A DNA stretch of 64,000 nt from a virus: IMG/VR virus record IMGVR_UViG_3300045391_004184, positions 1 to 64,000 of that record, one strand, 5' to 3'. A program made the position numbers and the translations under genes. Positions 1 to 9,735 of this stretch are shown one piece after another (positions within the stretch are counted from its first letter, which is position 1; every line of letters begins with the position of its first letter). The notes beneath the pieces are model-generated. The model was not told the origin of the DNA. It saw only the letters and a program-made list of their open reading frames with translations, and did no database searches.

Positions 1-243
1 GGTGCTTATTTTGTCAAATCATTAATTCTACAACCAACGCTTGTTGAAGCTGCAATTTTGTTAATTTTGGGCGGAGTCGCCGGATTTTTTGAATATAAAT
101 CAAATGATAAGAAAATTTTGGACTTAAATGAACGTCTTAATAATCAACAAAAATCATTAGATGAAAAACAAAAAGAAATTGATTCAATTAAAAATTCTAT
201 CATGGGTATCAAATTAAGTGGTGGAATGAGGGCAATGAAATAA
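1..243 (+). CDS. hypothetical membrane/coiled-coil protein, 5' partial (open to window edge); positional holin-like candidate
   Basis: Frame 1 has no stop from base 1 into ORF 58..243. Hydrophobic AAILLILGGVAGFF is followed by a charged coiled-coil tail. Lies directly upstream of the terminase genes. Confidence 0.45.
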   Translation, partial: GAYFVKSLILQPTLVEAAILLILGGVAGFFEYKSNDKKILDLNERLNNQQKSLDEKQKEIDSIKNSIMGIKLSGGMRAMK

Positions 244-662
244 TGTCTGATTCAAAACTCACAGTCATTCAAAAAACTCCAGAAGAAATGATGGAGTATA
301 TAGATGCCCAACAAAAAGTTTTAACTCAATTGAATAAAAAAATTCAAAAAGTTGAAAACGAAAATATTCAATTAAAAATTCAATTAGAAAAAAAATCTCC
401 AATGGTTGTTGAGAAAAAAAATAACGCGTTTGCTGTGAGTGATGAAGAATCAATTGCGAGAGAACAATTATATTTACTAAGACAAGTTTCTATGGAACGT
501 GAATTATCTTATGAAGAATGTAAGAAGGTTGATACTTATACAAAGATTCTACTTTCTTTGAAAGCAAAAGAAATTCCATATGATCAACAAAAATATGATG
601 AAATGACTCCAGAAGAATTAGAAAAATTGGTTGAAAATGGAACAAATGGACAAAACAAATAA
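243..662 (+). CDS. hypothetical coiled-coil protein; positional candidate for terminase small subunit
   Basis: 139 aa. TAATG junction with the upstream ORF. Heptad-rich. Precedes and overlaps terL. No motif recognised. Confidence 0.5.
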   Translation: MSDSKLTVIQKTPEEMMEYIDAQQKVLTQLNKKIQKVENENIQLKIQLEKKSPMVVEKKNNAFAVSDEESIAREQLYLLRQVSMERELSYEECKKVDTYTKILLSLKAKEIPYDQQKYDEMTPEELEKLVENGTNGQNK

Positions 663-2103
663 TCCACAGATCGAAGCTCTTTGGAAGAAAGCGCATTTAA
701 GATACAAATTAGATGTAACTCAAAAAGAGTTGTACAATGCATTTTATACCAATAAATTTAAAATTCAAACATGGCTTCTTGCTCGCCGTTCTGGTAAAAC
801 ATTTTGTCTTTTAGTATTAGCAATTGAACAGTGTTTAAAAAAACCAAACAGTATTGTTAAATTTCTTTCTCCAACAAAACTTCAGGTCCGAAATAACGTA
901 AGACCTAATATAAGAAAGATCTTGGAAGATTGCCCAGAATATTTAAGACCAGAATTTAAAGAAAAAGATTATACATATTACTTCCCAAATGGATCTGAGA
1001 TACAACTTGCAGGAACAGATGCGGGACATGCCGAAAAATTAAGAGGGGGCGACTCTGATTTATTTTTTGTTGACGAGGCCGGTAGCTGTAGTGATTTAGA
1101 AAATATTATTAAAGATATTCTTCTCCCCACAACACTTACGACTAGAGGTCGTGGGATATTAGCATCAACCCCTCCTAAAACATTTGATCATGATTTTATT
1201 AAATATATTGAAGAATCTGAAATGAGAGGTTCATTAATTAAAAAAACAATTGATGATAATCCTCGTTTGACAGAAGAACATAAAAAAGAATTATTTGATG
1301 AATTAGGCGGATCAAATACGGAAGCTGCAAGACGAGAACTTTATTGTGAAATTATAAAAGATTCTACAACTTCTGTTATTCCAGAATTTACCCCGGAACT
1401 TGAAAAAGAAATTGTTCAGGAATGGAAAACTCCACCTTACTATGATTGTTATGTTGGAATGGATTTAGGTTTTAAAGATTTAACCGCTCTTGTATTTGGT
1501 TATTATGATTTTAAAGCCGGTAAATTAATTATACAAGATGAGTTAGTATATAATTTCCAAGAAAAAGATAAAAACTTAGAGGATCTTTCTAAAAAAATAA
1601 TTGAAAAAGAAAAAGAACTTTGGACAAATCCTTTAACTTATGAAGTAAAAAAACCCGCTCTAAGAGTCAGTGATATTGATTATATTGTTTTAAATGAAAT
1701 TTCTAAACACAGTAACAAAGAAGTTGTTTTTCAAATAGCAAATAAATATGACAATGAGTCTTCAATTAATTCTTTGCGACTAATGGTCGGTAATAAAAAA
1801 ATTATTATTAACCCTAAATGTGTAAATTTAATTAGACATTTAAGAAATGCTAAATGGCATAAATCAAAAAAGATTTTTGATAGGAGTCCTGATGATGGAC
1901 ATTATGATTGCGTAGAGGCTTTAAAATATTTGGTAAAAAATATTAATTATAAAAAAAATCCGTACCCATCTAATTATGAAATAAATATGGGGGATCTCTT
2001 TGTTAGAAATAAAGATAATTATGATAAACAAAGTGGAACTTCTGTAATTGATACCTATAAAAAAATCTTTAATATTAAACCGATGAATAAGAGGAAATGG
2101 TAA
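631..2103 (+). CDS. terL: terminase large subunit
   Basis: Walker A-like ARRSGKT, Walker B-like DLFFVDEAG, ILASTPP coupling-like motif, C-terminal RNaseH-like nuclease acidic motifs (VGMDLG, DDGHYDCVEALKY). 490 aa, followed by a portal-sized gene. Confidence 0.9.
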   Translation: MKMEQMDKTNNPQIEALWKKAHLRYKLDVTQKELYNAFYTNKFKIQTWLLARRSGKTFCLLVLAIEQCLKKPNSIVKFLSPTKLQVRNNVRPNIRKILEDCPEYLRPEFKEKDYTYYFPNGSEIQLAGTDAGHAEKLRGGDSDLFFVDEAGSCSDLENIIKDILLPTTLTTRGRGILASTPPKTFDHDFIKYIEESEMRGSLIKKTIDDNPRLTEEHKKELFDELGGSNTEAARRELYCEIIKDSTTSVIPEFTPELEKEIVQEWKTPPYYDCYVGMDLGFKDLTALVFGYYDFKAGKLIIQDELVYNFQEKDKNLEDLSKKIIEKEKELWTNPLTYEVKKPALRVSDIDYIVLNEISKHSNKEVVFQIANKYDNESSINSLRLMVGNKKIIINPKCVNLIRHLRNAKWHKSKKIFDRSPDDGHYDCVEALKYLVKNINYKKNPYPSNYEINMGDLFVRNKDNYDKQSGTSVIDTYKKIFNIKPMNKRKW

Positions 2104-4172
2104 TGTCAGATAAAAGTGCCTTTAAATCACCAGATGAAATATATTTTGCGAACAAAGAGGCGTCCGAATGTGCTTCAACCTTATTAGTTAGAGCAGATAG
2201 TTTTTATAACGCTCTTACTTCTAATCAATATGTAGAGAAACTATATAATATGTGGAGAGCCTATCACGGAGCCTACGCTGATTATCTAGGTTCTGGACAT
2301 AGAGTTGTTTTTACTGGAGAACAGGGAGAACTTGTAAATATCCCCATTAACCATTTTAGAAACCTTGCACAACATATCCTTGCGATGATTACAGCTAATA
2401 GACCTGTTATGGAAACTAGAGCTATTAATACAGATTATAAATCATACGCTCAAACAATCTTAGCCAATGGCGTTTTAGACTATTATATGAGGGAAAAGGG
2501 GCTTGAAGATGCTATTAAAAAGGCCTGCGAACTATCTATTGTATTAGGTGCAGGTTTTATTAAACTTGCATGGAATGCCACAGGTGGAGATGTTTATGAA
2601 GTTGACCCTGATACTCAAGAACCTATTTATGAAGGTGAACTTGAGTTTCAAAATTTAACTCCTCTTGATGTTGTATTTGACGGCACAAAGGAAAATTACC
2701 AGGAAAATGAATGGGTTCTATGTCGAACATTTAAAAATCGCTATGACCTTATTGCAAAGTATCCTGATTTAAAAGATAAAATTCTCGCAGTTCCAAGCAA
2801 GATGCAAAGTAACATTTATCGCTTGGCTGTATGGTCTAATGATGATACCGATGATATTCCTGTTTATGAGTTCTACCATAAATCAACAGAAGCGGTCCCA
2901 GAAGGAAGATACATGCAATTTCTTTCTGCAGAAGCAACGTTGATTGATACAAAAATGCCCTATCGCAATATGCCAGTTTTCCGAGTGGCTCCTTCAGATA
3001 TTTTAGGAACTCCTTATGGATATTCTCCAATGTTTGACGTTTTCCCCATTCAAGAGGGAATTAATTCTCTTTATGGAACAATTATGACAAACCAAAATGC
3101 ATTTGGTGTTCAGAATATTTATGTTCCAAGAGGAGCAGATATTGCCGTTGGAGGTCTTTCCGGCGGACTAAATCTTATTGAAGCAAATGCAAAACCAGAA
3201 CCTATCAATCTCACTCAAACTCCTCCTGAAGTATTTAAATTCTTAGACATGCTTATTCAGGCTTCAGAAACTATTTCTGGAGTTAATAGTGTTGTAAGAG
3301 GAAATCCAGAAGCTTCTTTAAAATCTGGAACAGCTTTAGCACTTGTTCAATCACAAGCTTTACAATTTATTTCCGGTCTTCAACAATCTTATGTAAAACT
3401 TATTGAGAATGTTGGAACATCTTTAATTAATATTTTAAAAGATTTTTCTAAAACTCCAAAGCTTATTAAATTAGTTGGAAAAAATAATCGCCCACTAATG
3501 AAAGAATTTACTGGAGATAAAATTGCGGACATTAATCGCGTTGTTGTAGATATGGGAAATCCATTATCAAAAACAATTGCCGGTCGTGTACAAATGGCTG
3601 AGCAGATGATGCAAATGAAAATTATTAAAGATCCAATGCAATATATTCAAGTAATGAATACTGGAAGACTTGAAGCTATCTATGAAGGGGATCAAGCTGA
3701 ATTATTACTTATTAAATCTGAAAATGAACAAATGCTTGACGGAGAAGTTCCACTTGTAAGTCCTTTAGATCAACATTCTTTACATATTCAAGAACATCGT
3801 GCTGTTATTGCCGATCCTGATTTGAGAAAAAATCCAAGTCTTGTGAAAACAACTATGGATCATATTGAAGCTCATATGAATGCTTTAAGAAATACTGATC
3901 CCGCACTTTTACAAATGATTGGTGAACAACCTCAAGGTCCTGTTGGAGGGTCTCCCGCATCTCCCGATCAACAACAACCTCCACAAGGAGCATTACAAGG
4001 AAGTCCTATGGGTCCTGAAATGTCTCCACAAGCTGGACAAATTTCTGCTGGACAAGACATTACTGGCCCTGGAATCCAAAATATCGGAATTCCTCAACCT
4101 GCACAAGTTCCAGCAAATTTATTACCAAATCCTGCGCTTCAAGAACAGGCAATGGGGAATGTGAAACAATAA
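2097..4172 (+). CDS. portal protein (probable)
   Basis: 691-aa ORF overlapping the terL stop. Size and position are typical of a portal. Q/P/G-rich C-terminal tail. No motif-level proof. Confidence 0.7.
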   Translation: MVMSDKSAFKSPDEIYFANKEASECASTLLVRADSFYNALTSNQYVEKLYNMWRAYHGAYADYLGSGHRVVFTGEQGELVNIPINHFRNLAQHILAMITANRPVMETRAINTDYKSYAQTILANGVLDYYMREKGLEDAIKKACELSIVLGAGFIKLAWNATGGDVYEVDPDTQEPIYEGELEFQNLTPLDVVFDGTKENYQENEWVLCRTFKNRYDLIAKYPDLKDKILAVPSKMQSNIYRLAVWSNDDTDDIPVYEFYHKSTEAVPEGRYMQFLSAEATLIDTKMPYRNMPVFRVAPSDILGTPYGYSPMFDVFPIQEGINSLYGTIMTNQNAFGVQNIYVPRGADIAVGGLSGGLNLIEANAKPEPINLTQTPPEVFKFLDMLIQASETISGVNSVVRGNPEASLKSGTALALVQSQALQFISGLQQSYVKLIENVGTSLINILKDFSKTPKLIKLVGKNNRPLMKEFTGDKIADINRVVVDMGNPLSKTIAGRVQMAEQMMQMKIIKDPMQYIQVMNTGRLEAIYEGDQAELLLIKSENEQMLDGEVPLVSPLDQHSLHIQEHRAVIADPDLRKNPSLVKTTMDHIEAHMNALRNTDPALLQMIGEQPQGPVGGSPASPDQQQPPQGALQGSPMGPEMSPQAGQISAGQDITGPGIQNIGIPQPAQVPANLLPNPALQEQAMGNVKQ

Positions 4173-4173
4173 A

Positions 4174-4566
4174 ATGGCAAGACCTCAACCTTCAGATTTA
4201 TCAGCAGAGCAAGTTCTTCAAGGAGCATTTGATGATGCTATTGGAAGTCTAAGAGTTGTTGCAGATTTATCTTCGGATATTGAAACTGTCCCTAATAAAT
4301 TTTCAATAACAGATCATAGTGTTCATTTGGGAGTAAATAGCGTTAAGATTTTAGATGCAAATCTGAATCGAAGTTTTTTATTTATTCAAAATACAAGTAG
4401 AAATCCAATTTGGTTAGATTTTAATCAACACGCTTCGGCTGGATTTCCAAGTATGCAATTAAATGCTGGAGCAATTTTAATAATGGAAAGTAATTCAATA
4501 ACAATTGATAGCATATACGCTATCGCTAACACAACTAATGTACCATTGGTTGTAAAAGAAGGATAA
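4174..4566 (+). CDS. virion-associated beta-rich protein, module family A (short form: N-module + C-module)
   Basis: N-terminal LSAEQVLQGAFDDAIGSLRVVADL matches the N-terminus of 5454..6962. C-terminal NRSFLFIQNTSRNPIWLDFN matches the C-termini of 4571..5314 and 5454..6962. Confidence 0.65.
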   Translation: MARPQPSDLSAEQVLQGAFDDAIGSLRVVADLSSDIETVPNKFSITDHSVHLGVNSVKILDANLNRSFLFIQNTSRNPIWLDFNQHASAGFPSMQLNAGAILIMESNSITIDSIYAIANTTNVPLVVKEG

Positions 4567-4570
4567 CAAA

Positions 4571-5314
4571 ATGGCAATTACAAATGGTGGACAAATACTA
4601 GATGCGGACAATAATCCGATAACTAGTCAAACTAACGGGACTCAACAAGCAATGGATGTTGGTGTAAATGTTGCCGGGGTACAAGTAGATCCCAGAGTTA
4701 TTAGACCATTAACTCCGGGAAGTGACTCTTTAAATGTTCAAGATATTACTGGAACAGTTTCATTACCCACTGGCGCAGCGACTTCAGCAAAACAAGATAC
4801 AGGCAATACTTCATTATCTTCAATAGATGGTAAAATTGTTACTGTTGATACCGGAAATGTGACCGTTGTTTCATCGGCACTTCCATCAGGAGCGGCAACC
4901 AGTGCCAAACAAGACACTGGAAATACGTCTCTAGCTAGTATTGATGGAAAACTTAATTCTTTAGGTCAAAAGGCAATGACAGCTTCAACCCCTGTTGTTA
5001 TCGCTTCTGATCAATCAGCAATAAACGTTGTTACAACTATTCCTAAAGGCGGATTAACAGATGCTTCTGGAACAGTAGGAACTTCTTCCGCATCCCTTCT
5101 TGCCGCAAATCCAAGTAGAAAATATTTATTAATTCAAAATGTCGGTACTGGAAATTTGTGGATTAACTTTGGGACAACTGCAACAGCAAGTCAACCAAGT
5201 ATAAAATTAACTGCAAATTCATCTTTTACAATGGAAGCCAATTATATCTCAACTGATCAAATTTTTGGCATTTCTGATAAAGCTGGAAATGCTTATGTAA
5301 TAAAACATGCGTAA
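4571..5314 (+). CDS. virion-associated fibre-like protein, module family A (repeat + C-module)
   Basis: Two 22-aa repeats GAATSAKQDTGNTSL(S/A)SIDGK(I/L) at 4772..4837 and 4889..4954. C-terminal LLAANPSRKYLLIQNVGTGNLWINFG module. Confidence 0.7.
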   Translation: MAITNGGQILDADNNPITSQTNGTQQAMDVGVNVAGVQVDPRVIRPLTPGSDSLNVQDITGTVSLPTGAATSAKQDTGNTSLSSIDGKIVTVDTGNVTVVSSALPSGAATSAKQDTGNTSLASIDGKLNSLGQKAMTASTPVVIASDQSAINVVTTIPKGGLTDASGTVGTSSASLLAANPSRKYLLIQNVGTGNLWINFGTTATASQPSIKLTANSSFTMEANYISTDQIFGISDKAGNAYVIKHA

Positions 5315-5316
5315 TT

Positions 5317-5472
5317 ATGGCTTATATTAAGTTTAAAGATCCTAAAGAGCCTTCAATTAAAAGTATGAAGCCTATAGGAAAAAAATGGAGAACAAGATTT
5401 TATATTCTTTTAGCAATTTTTATAATTGAACAAGGATATTTAATTTATAAATTATGTCAGTTTCAGAATTAG
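5317..5472 (+). CDS. possible small single-TM protein (51 aa)
   Basis: ATG at 5317 fills the 5315..5453 gap. Translation MAYIKFKDPKEPS...FYILLAIFIIEQGYLIY. Below the ORF-track cutoff. No other support. Confidence 0.3.
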   Translation: MAYIKFKDPKEPSIKSMKPIGKKWRTRFYILLAIFIIEQGYLIYKLCQFQN

Positions 5473-6962
5473 ATTTTCAGCAGATAATTCAGAGAGCGTT
5501 TGATAGTACTAGCGACCGTTTAAAAGTCGATGCTGAACTTTCGGCATCTATTATTGCCCCTCCCGGACTTGAAGTCTCCATTAATTCTACTGATGATAAT
5601 ATTGCAATTAGAAATTCTAATAATACAAATGAATTATTAATTAATTCTGATGGTTCTATTAATGTAAATATTAGTGGAAGTGGAACTAGTGATGTTAATT
5701 TAATTCAAGTTGGTGGAATTAATGTATCAACTAATAATGGTATTGCAGATAGCGGATCACAAAGAGTAGTAATTGCAGAAGATAATCTACCATTTCCTGT
5801 AAACGCAGTTCAAAGCGGTGGATGGACTGTTACTTTAGGCACGGGCGCAAATGTTATTGGTGAAGTAATTCAACATCAAGGAGTTAATTATCCTTGGGGA
5901 ATTCAAGGAACAGTAACCGCAAATATTGGAACAACCGGAGGATTAGCACTAGATAGTTCTCTTTCCACAATTAATACAACATTGGGATCTCCTTTTCAAG
6001 CTGGTGGTTCTATTGGAAATACTTCATTTGGTGCGTCTCAAACTGGAACATGGAATGTTGGTAGAACTTGGGACTTAGATTTTTCCACTGATCAAGTTGA
6101 TGTAAGTGGATCTTCTGTTTCTGTTAGTAATTTTCCCTCTTCATTTTCTGTCACACAAGGAACTTCTCCGTGGATCGTTTCAGGAACTGTTACTGCTAAT
6201 GCCGGAACTAATTTAAATACATCGGCATTAAATTTAGAATCAACACAAAGTGCATTCAAAACCGCAAATCATAATGATTTAACAACGATTAATACAACTT
6301 TAGGGACTCCGGCACAAGAACATATAACAGCTTTAAGTCCGAGTTCTGTTAGATTGTCTGATGGTGCTAGTTTTTATACCGCTTTTAAATCTGGCGATTC
6401 TATCGGTAACACAACTTTTGCTGTTACACAAAGTACTAGTCCCTGGGTCACATCTTTTTCAGCACCTCAGCATGTTATATTAGATTCAGGAACTTTAACT
6501 TCTATCACAAATGTTGTTCACATTGATGATAATAGTGGTTCTTTAACAGTAGATAATAATGGAACTTTTGCTGTACAATCCACTCAAAGTGGAAATTGGT
6601 CAGTTAGATTACAAGATGGTTCTGGAACTGGAATTACATCTACTTTATTTAATTCTCAGCAATCTTTAGATGTTCGCCCGGTAACAGGATTTTCTTCTGC
6701 ATCAAATACTAGAGTTTCGGTTGCCGCTAGTAGTGTTCAGTTATTGGCAGCGAATGCCTCTAGAAAATATGCTTATATAATGAACCAATCAGGGAATGTC
6801 ATGTTTTTAAAATTTGGAGCAACTGCTGTTGCAAATCAGGGGATTAGACTGGCAAATAATGCAATTTATGAAATTAATCAATCTAATTTATGGACTGGAA
6901 CAATAAATGCTATATCTAGTTCCGCGACAGCTTCAAGTTTGGATATTTTTGAGGGCACATAA
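5454..6962 (+). CDS. virion-associated fibre-like protein, module family A (long form)
   Basis: N-terminal ELDFQQIIQRAFDSTSDRLKVDAEL module. Repeated motifs of type F(A/S)V(T/Q)Q..S.W.V. C-terminal LLAANASRKYAYIMNQSGNVMFLKFG module. Confidence 0.75.
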   Translation: MSVSELDFQQIIQRAFDSTSDRLKVDAELSASIIAPPGLEVSINSTDDNIAIRNSNNTNELLINSDGSINVNISGSGTSDVNLIQVGGINVSTNNGIADSGSQRVVIAEDNLPFPVNAVQSGGWTVTLGTGANVIGEVIQHQGVNYPWGIQGTVTANIGTTGGLALDSSLSTINTTLGSPFQAGGSIGNTSFGASQTGTWNVGRTWDLDFSTDQVDVSGSSVSVSNFPSSFSVTQGTSPWIVSGTVTANAGTNLNTSALNLESTQSAFKTANHNDLTTINTTLGTPAQEHITALSPSSVRLSDGASFYTAFKSGDSIGNTTFAVTQSTSPWVTSFSAPQHVILDSGTLTSITNVVHIDDNSGSLTVDNNGTFAVQSTQSGNWSVRLQDGSGTGITSTLFNSQQSLDVRPVTGFSSASNTRVSVAASSVQLLAANASRKYAYIMNQSGNVMFLKFGATAVANQGIRLANNAIYEINQSNLWTGTINAISSSATASSLDIFEGT

Positions 6963-7309
6963 TGAGTTATTTTGAATCATCAAATAGTTTAAATTTTATT
7001 ATTAAAACTGATACTTTTACGACAACCGGAAATGGAACAACTTATGATTTTTCTAAAGATCCTAAAAGTAAATTTAGTATTCAAGTTTCAACTACCGGAA
7101 GCGTTTTAGCGTGGGGTATTACTTTACAGGGAAGTTTAGATGGAACTAATTTTACAGATATTTTAAATCATACCCATATAATAGGTAATAATAAAATTGT
7201 TTTTTCTGGGAATAGTTTTACCCCCTGTCTTTATTTTAGAACCGTTTGCACAACTTTAAATTTAGGAACAGGAACAAACATTATAGCAACAATTTTAGCA
7301 ATTAGTTAA
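6962..7309 (+). CDS. virion-associated protein, module family B
   Basis: ITLQGSLDGTNFTDIL matches VEFQGSFDGTNFTAITF in the next gene. ATAATG junction with the upstream gene. Confidence 0.6.
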   Translation: MSYFESSNSLNFIIKTDTFTTTGNGTTYDFSKDPKSKFSIQVSTTGSVLAWGITLQGSLDGTNFTDILNHTHIIGNNKIVFSGNSFTPCLYFRTVCTTLNLGTGTNIIATILAIS

Positions 7310-7319
7310 GGATTATAGT

Positions 7320-7916
7320 ATGTCAGTTAGCCCAATAGTCGATTATTTAGATATTTCAACAACGGATCTTGGTGAAAATATTAATGATAATGTTGAAATT
7401 AGTAATGATGGTGGATATTCAACAATTGCTTTATCTTTGACAATTCCAACCGGCGCTACGGTTGAGTTTCAAGGATCTTTTGATGGAACTAATTTTACAG
7501 CAATAACTTTTAGATCAGTTTCAACTAATGAATATGTTCAAAATAGTACTACATCTGGAATTTTTTTAGGATCAATAATTGGAACAAAATTATTTAGAGT
7601 AATAACAACAAGTGGAGGGTCTGCCCCGGGTTCTATTTCAGCTAGATTAAATAAAAATGTTGCAATTCTTGAAGGAATTGAACATGGTGATCCAAATTCA
7701 TCAACAAATTCTTTAGAAACAAATAGAGCTAAATTAATGGTTGCTGACGATTTAGTAAAATCCTTTACATGGTCAGATTTTGGTACATCAACCCAAAGAG
7801 TCGCAACAATGATCCTAGATTCATCATCATTAGGAATAACTGCAACGGGAACTTTTAATTATACATTAGTTAGTGGAGCTTATAGATTAGATAATATAAC
7901 TTGGGTGGTAACATAA
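7320..7916 (+). CDS. virion-associated protein, module family B
   Basis: Shares the QGS(L/F)DGTNFT motif with 6962..7309. 198 aa. Confidence 0.65.
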   Translation: MSVSPIVDYLDISTTDLGENINDNVEISNDGGYSTIALSLTIPTGATVEFQGSFDGTNFTAITFRSVSTNEYVQNSTTSGIFLGSIIGTKLFRVITTSGGSAPGSISARLNKNVAILEGIEHGDPNSSTNSLETNRAKLMVADDLVKSFTWSDFGTSTQRVATMILDSSSLGITATGTFNYTLVSGAYRLDNITWVVT

Positions 7917-8776
7917 TGGCTGTTGTAATGGCTCTTAGAGCAAATTCATTAAATGCTTATTTTTCCACTGGTCCCAATGTTGGAATTCCTTCAGATACAA
8001 CAAGAGTCGCCTCTTCGGCTAATTCCGATAGTAATAATTTATCTGGTGGACTTATTGATTTAACTACAACTAATTCTAAGTTTTTAGAATTTGTAGGCTG
8101 GGGGAATAGCGGAGAATCCAGAGCTTTTTCTGTATTATGTAGAATAAAATCTAATTATACAGGAAATCCCGCTTCAAATAATCTTTTATTTCAATTGGGT
8201 TTAGGAAGAAATGGCGTTGGACCATATTTCGAGGTTTGGCATTCCACTTCATCGGTCCTAACGGCTTTCTGCCGAAATGAGGCCGCTTCAACTATATTAA
8301 GTTCGGCAAATTTAGGAACAGCATCATTAACCGCTAATACGTATTATGATATTGTAATAACATTTACCGGAACAAATTCCGCATCAGGAGCAAAAGGATA
8401 TCTTGACGCCGTAAATACCGGATCAGCAACTGCTTCTGGTTCTTTAACTTCTAGTTGGAAGTCTTCTTATTTTAATCCAATAATGATTGGTTGCGGACAA
8501 GATGTTGTTACTTCAAATTTTAAATTAGATGAGTTTGTAATTTTTGATACGGCAATTGATCCTACCAGTGTCCAATTAGTTTCGGGCACTGGGTCTTTAA
8601 ATGGAGCATCAAGAACATCATTAGTTAATGCATCTAATATTGATAAAACAGTATTCACCGATCCTTTGATCGCGAATGTAAAAAATGGAACTACATATAC
8701 TTTTCAGGGATCAAGTCAAACGGGAACATTAGTAACCGGTGGATTATTTAGAAATCCCAATTTGGATGGAACATGA
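7916..8776 (+). CDS. LamG/concanavalin-A-like lectin domain protein
   Basis: Start moved to the ATG at 7916 (TAATG overlap). C-terminal half ends with the LamG-type signature FKLDEFVIFDTAIDP, preceded by YYDIVITF...GYLDAV. Confidence 0.6.
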   Translation: MAVVMALRANSLNAYFSTGPNVGIPSDTTRVASSANSDSNNLSGGLIDLTTTNSKFLEFVGWGNSGESRAFSVLCRIKSNYTGNPASNNLLFQLGLGRNGVGPYFEVWHSTSSVLTAFCRNEAASTILSSANLGTASLTANTYYDIVITFTGTNSASGAKGYLDAVNTGSATASGSLTSSWKSSYFNPIMIGCGQDVVTSNFKLDEFVIFDTAIDPTSVQLVSGTGSLNGASRTSLVNASNIDKTVFTDPLIANVKNGTTYTFQGSSQTGTLVTGGLFRNPNLDGT

Positions 8777-9498
8777 AACTACAAAGATTAGCAGGTGCAA
8801 CATCTAATATATTACAAATATTTATTGCTGATAGTTCTAGCACAACTGGTGCGGGTCTGACTGGACTTTCTTCAGGATCTTCGGGACTAACAGCTTATTA
8901 CCATAGAGATACAGACACTACAGCTACAGTAATTTCATTAACTAGTATGACTGTTGGTACTTTTACATCTTCAGGATTTGCTCAAATAGACAGTACAAAT
9001 ATGCCAGGCTGGTATCAATTTTGTCCACCAAATGCAGCTTTTGCCTCTGGAGCTAAAAGTGTAGCTTTTCATTTAAAAGGTGCTACAAATATGGCCCCTC
9101 TACCAATAGAAGTACAATTAACTGCATATGATCCAGATAATGCAACAACTTTAGGTCTTACAAATTTGGATGCTAAAGTTTCGGATGTAAAAACAAAAAC
9201 TGATTTCTTACCAAGCGCTACCGCCGGAACGGCTGGTGGAGTATTTATAGCAGGAACAAACGCTGCCACTACTATTACAACCGCTTTAACAACAACTTTT
9301 ACGGGAAATCTTACTGGATCAGTAGGAAGTGTCACAGGATTAACTGCATCTAATCTTGATGTTGCAGTTTCCTCTCGCGTTTCAACGACTCACTTTGATA
9401 CTATTTTAGGAACTCCAGCTTCTTCTGTTAGTGATGATATAGCAAATGTTCCAAATTCAACCTTAAATACTTTAATACCCTTTTTGCCAGAAGATTAA
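8773..9498 (+). CDS. virion-associated S/T/G-rich protein
   Basis: 241 aa. ATGA overlap with the upstream gene. Low-complexity T/S/G composition typical of fibre or decoration proteins. Confidence 0.6.
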   Translation: MKLQRLAGATSNILQIFIADSSSTTGAGLTGLSSGSSGLTAYYHRDTDTTATVISLTSMTVGTFTSSGFAQIDSTNMPGWYQFCPPNAAFASGAKSVAFHLKGATNMAPLPIEVQLTAYDPDNATTLGLTNLDAKVSDVKTKTDFLPSATAGTAGGVFIAGTNAATTITTALTTTFTGNLTGSVGSVTGLTASNLDVAVSSRVSTTHFDTILGTPASSVSDDIANVPNSTLNTLIPFLPED

Positions 9499-9510
9499 CA
9501 ACTATATAAT
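9495..9510 (+). promoter_or_regulatory. conserved intergenic motif copy 1 (TTAACAACTATATAAT), putative phage promoter
   Basis: One of seven plus-strand intergenic copies of AACAACTATA. Overlaps the upstream TAA stop and abuts the ATG at 9511. Confidence 0.4.
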
Positions 9511-9726
9511 ATGAGTAGTTATAATACATTTAAATCACTAAAAGCTGATACAAAAGAAACCTATTCAGATAATAAAAAGAAGAAAAATCGTTTTAAAAGA
9601 ACAAAGAAAATGCTTCAACCTCCCGGAAAAGCTACAGCAGAATTAGAAGCGTCAAAAGATCCAATGGGTTTTTTGGAAAGAAATAAAAATATGAGTATAC
9701 GCGGATTGAAGGGCGTGGCCTTCTAG
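9511..9726 (+). CDS. small basic protein, RF(K/E)RTKK family
   Basis: KKNRFKRTKKML is shared with 19548..19721 (KKNRFKRTMKKL) and 20703..20975 (LLRFERTKRVL). Confidence 0.45.
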   Translation: MSSYNTFKSLKADTKETYSDNKKKKNRFKRTKKMLQPPGKATAELEASKDPMGFLERNKNMSIRGLKGVAF

Positions 9727-9735
9727 AGGAGAAAT

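Noticed and set aside
7901-7916. Overlap of 7320..7916 and 7901..8776 as a programmed frameshift.
   Set aside because: An ATG at 7916 gives the TAATG stop-start overlap used throughout this genome. No slippery heptamer was seen.
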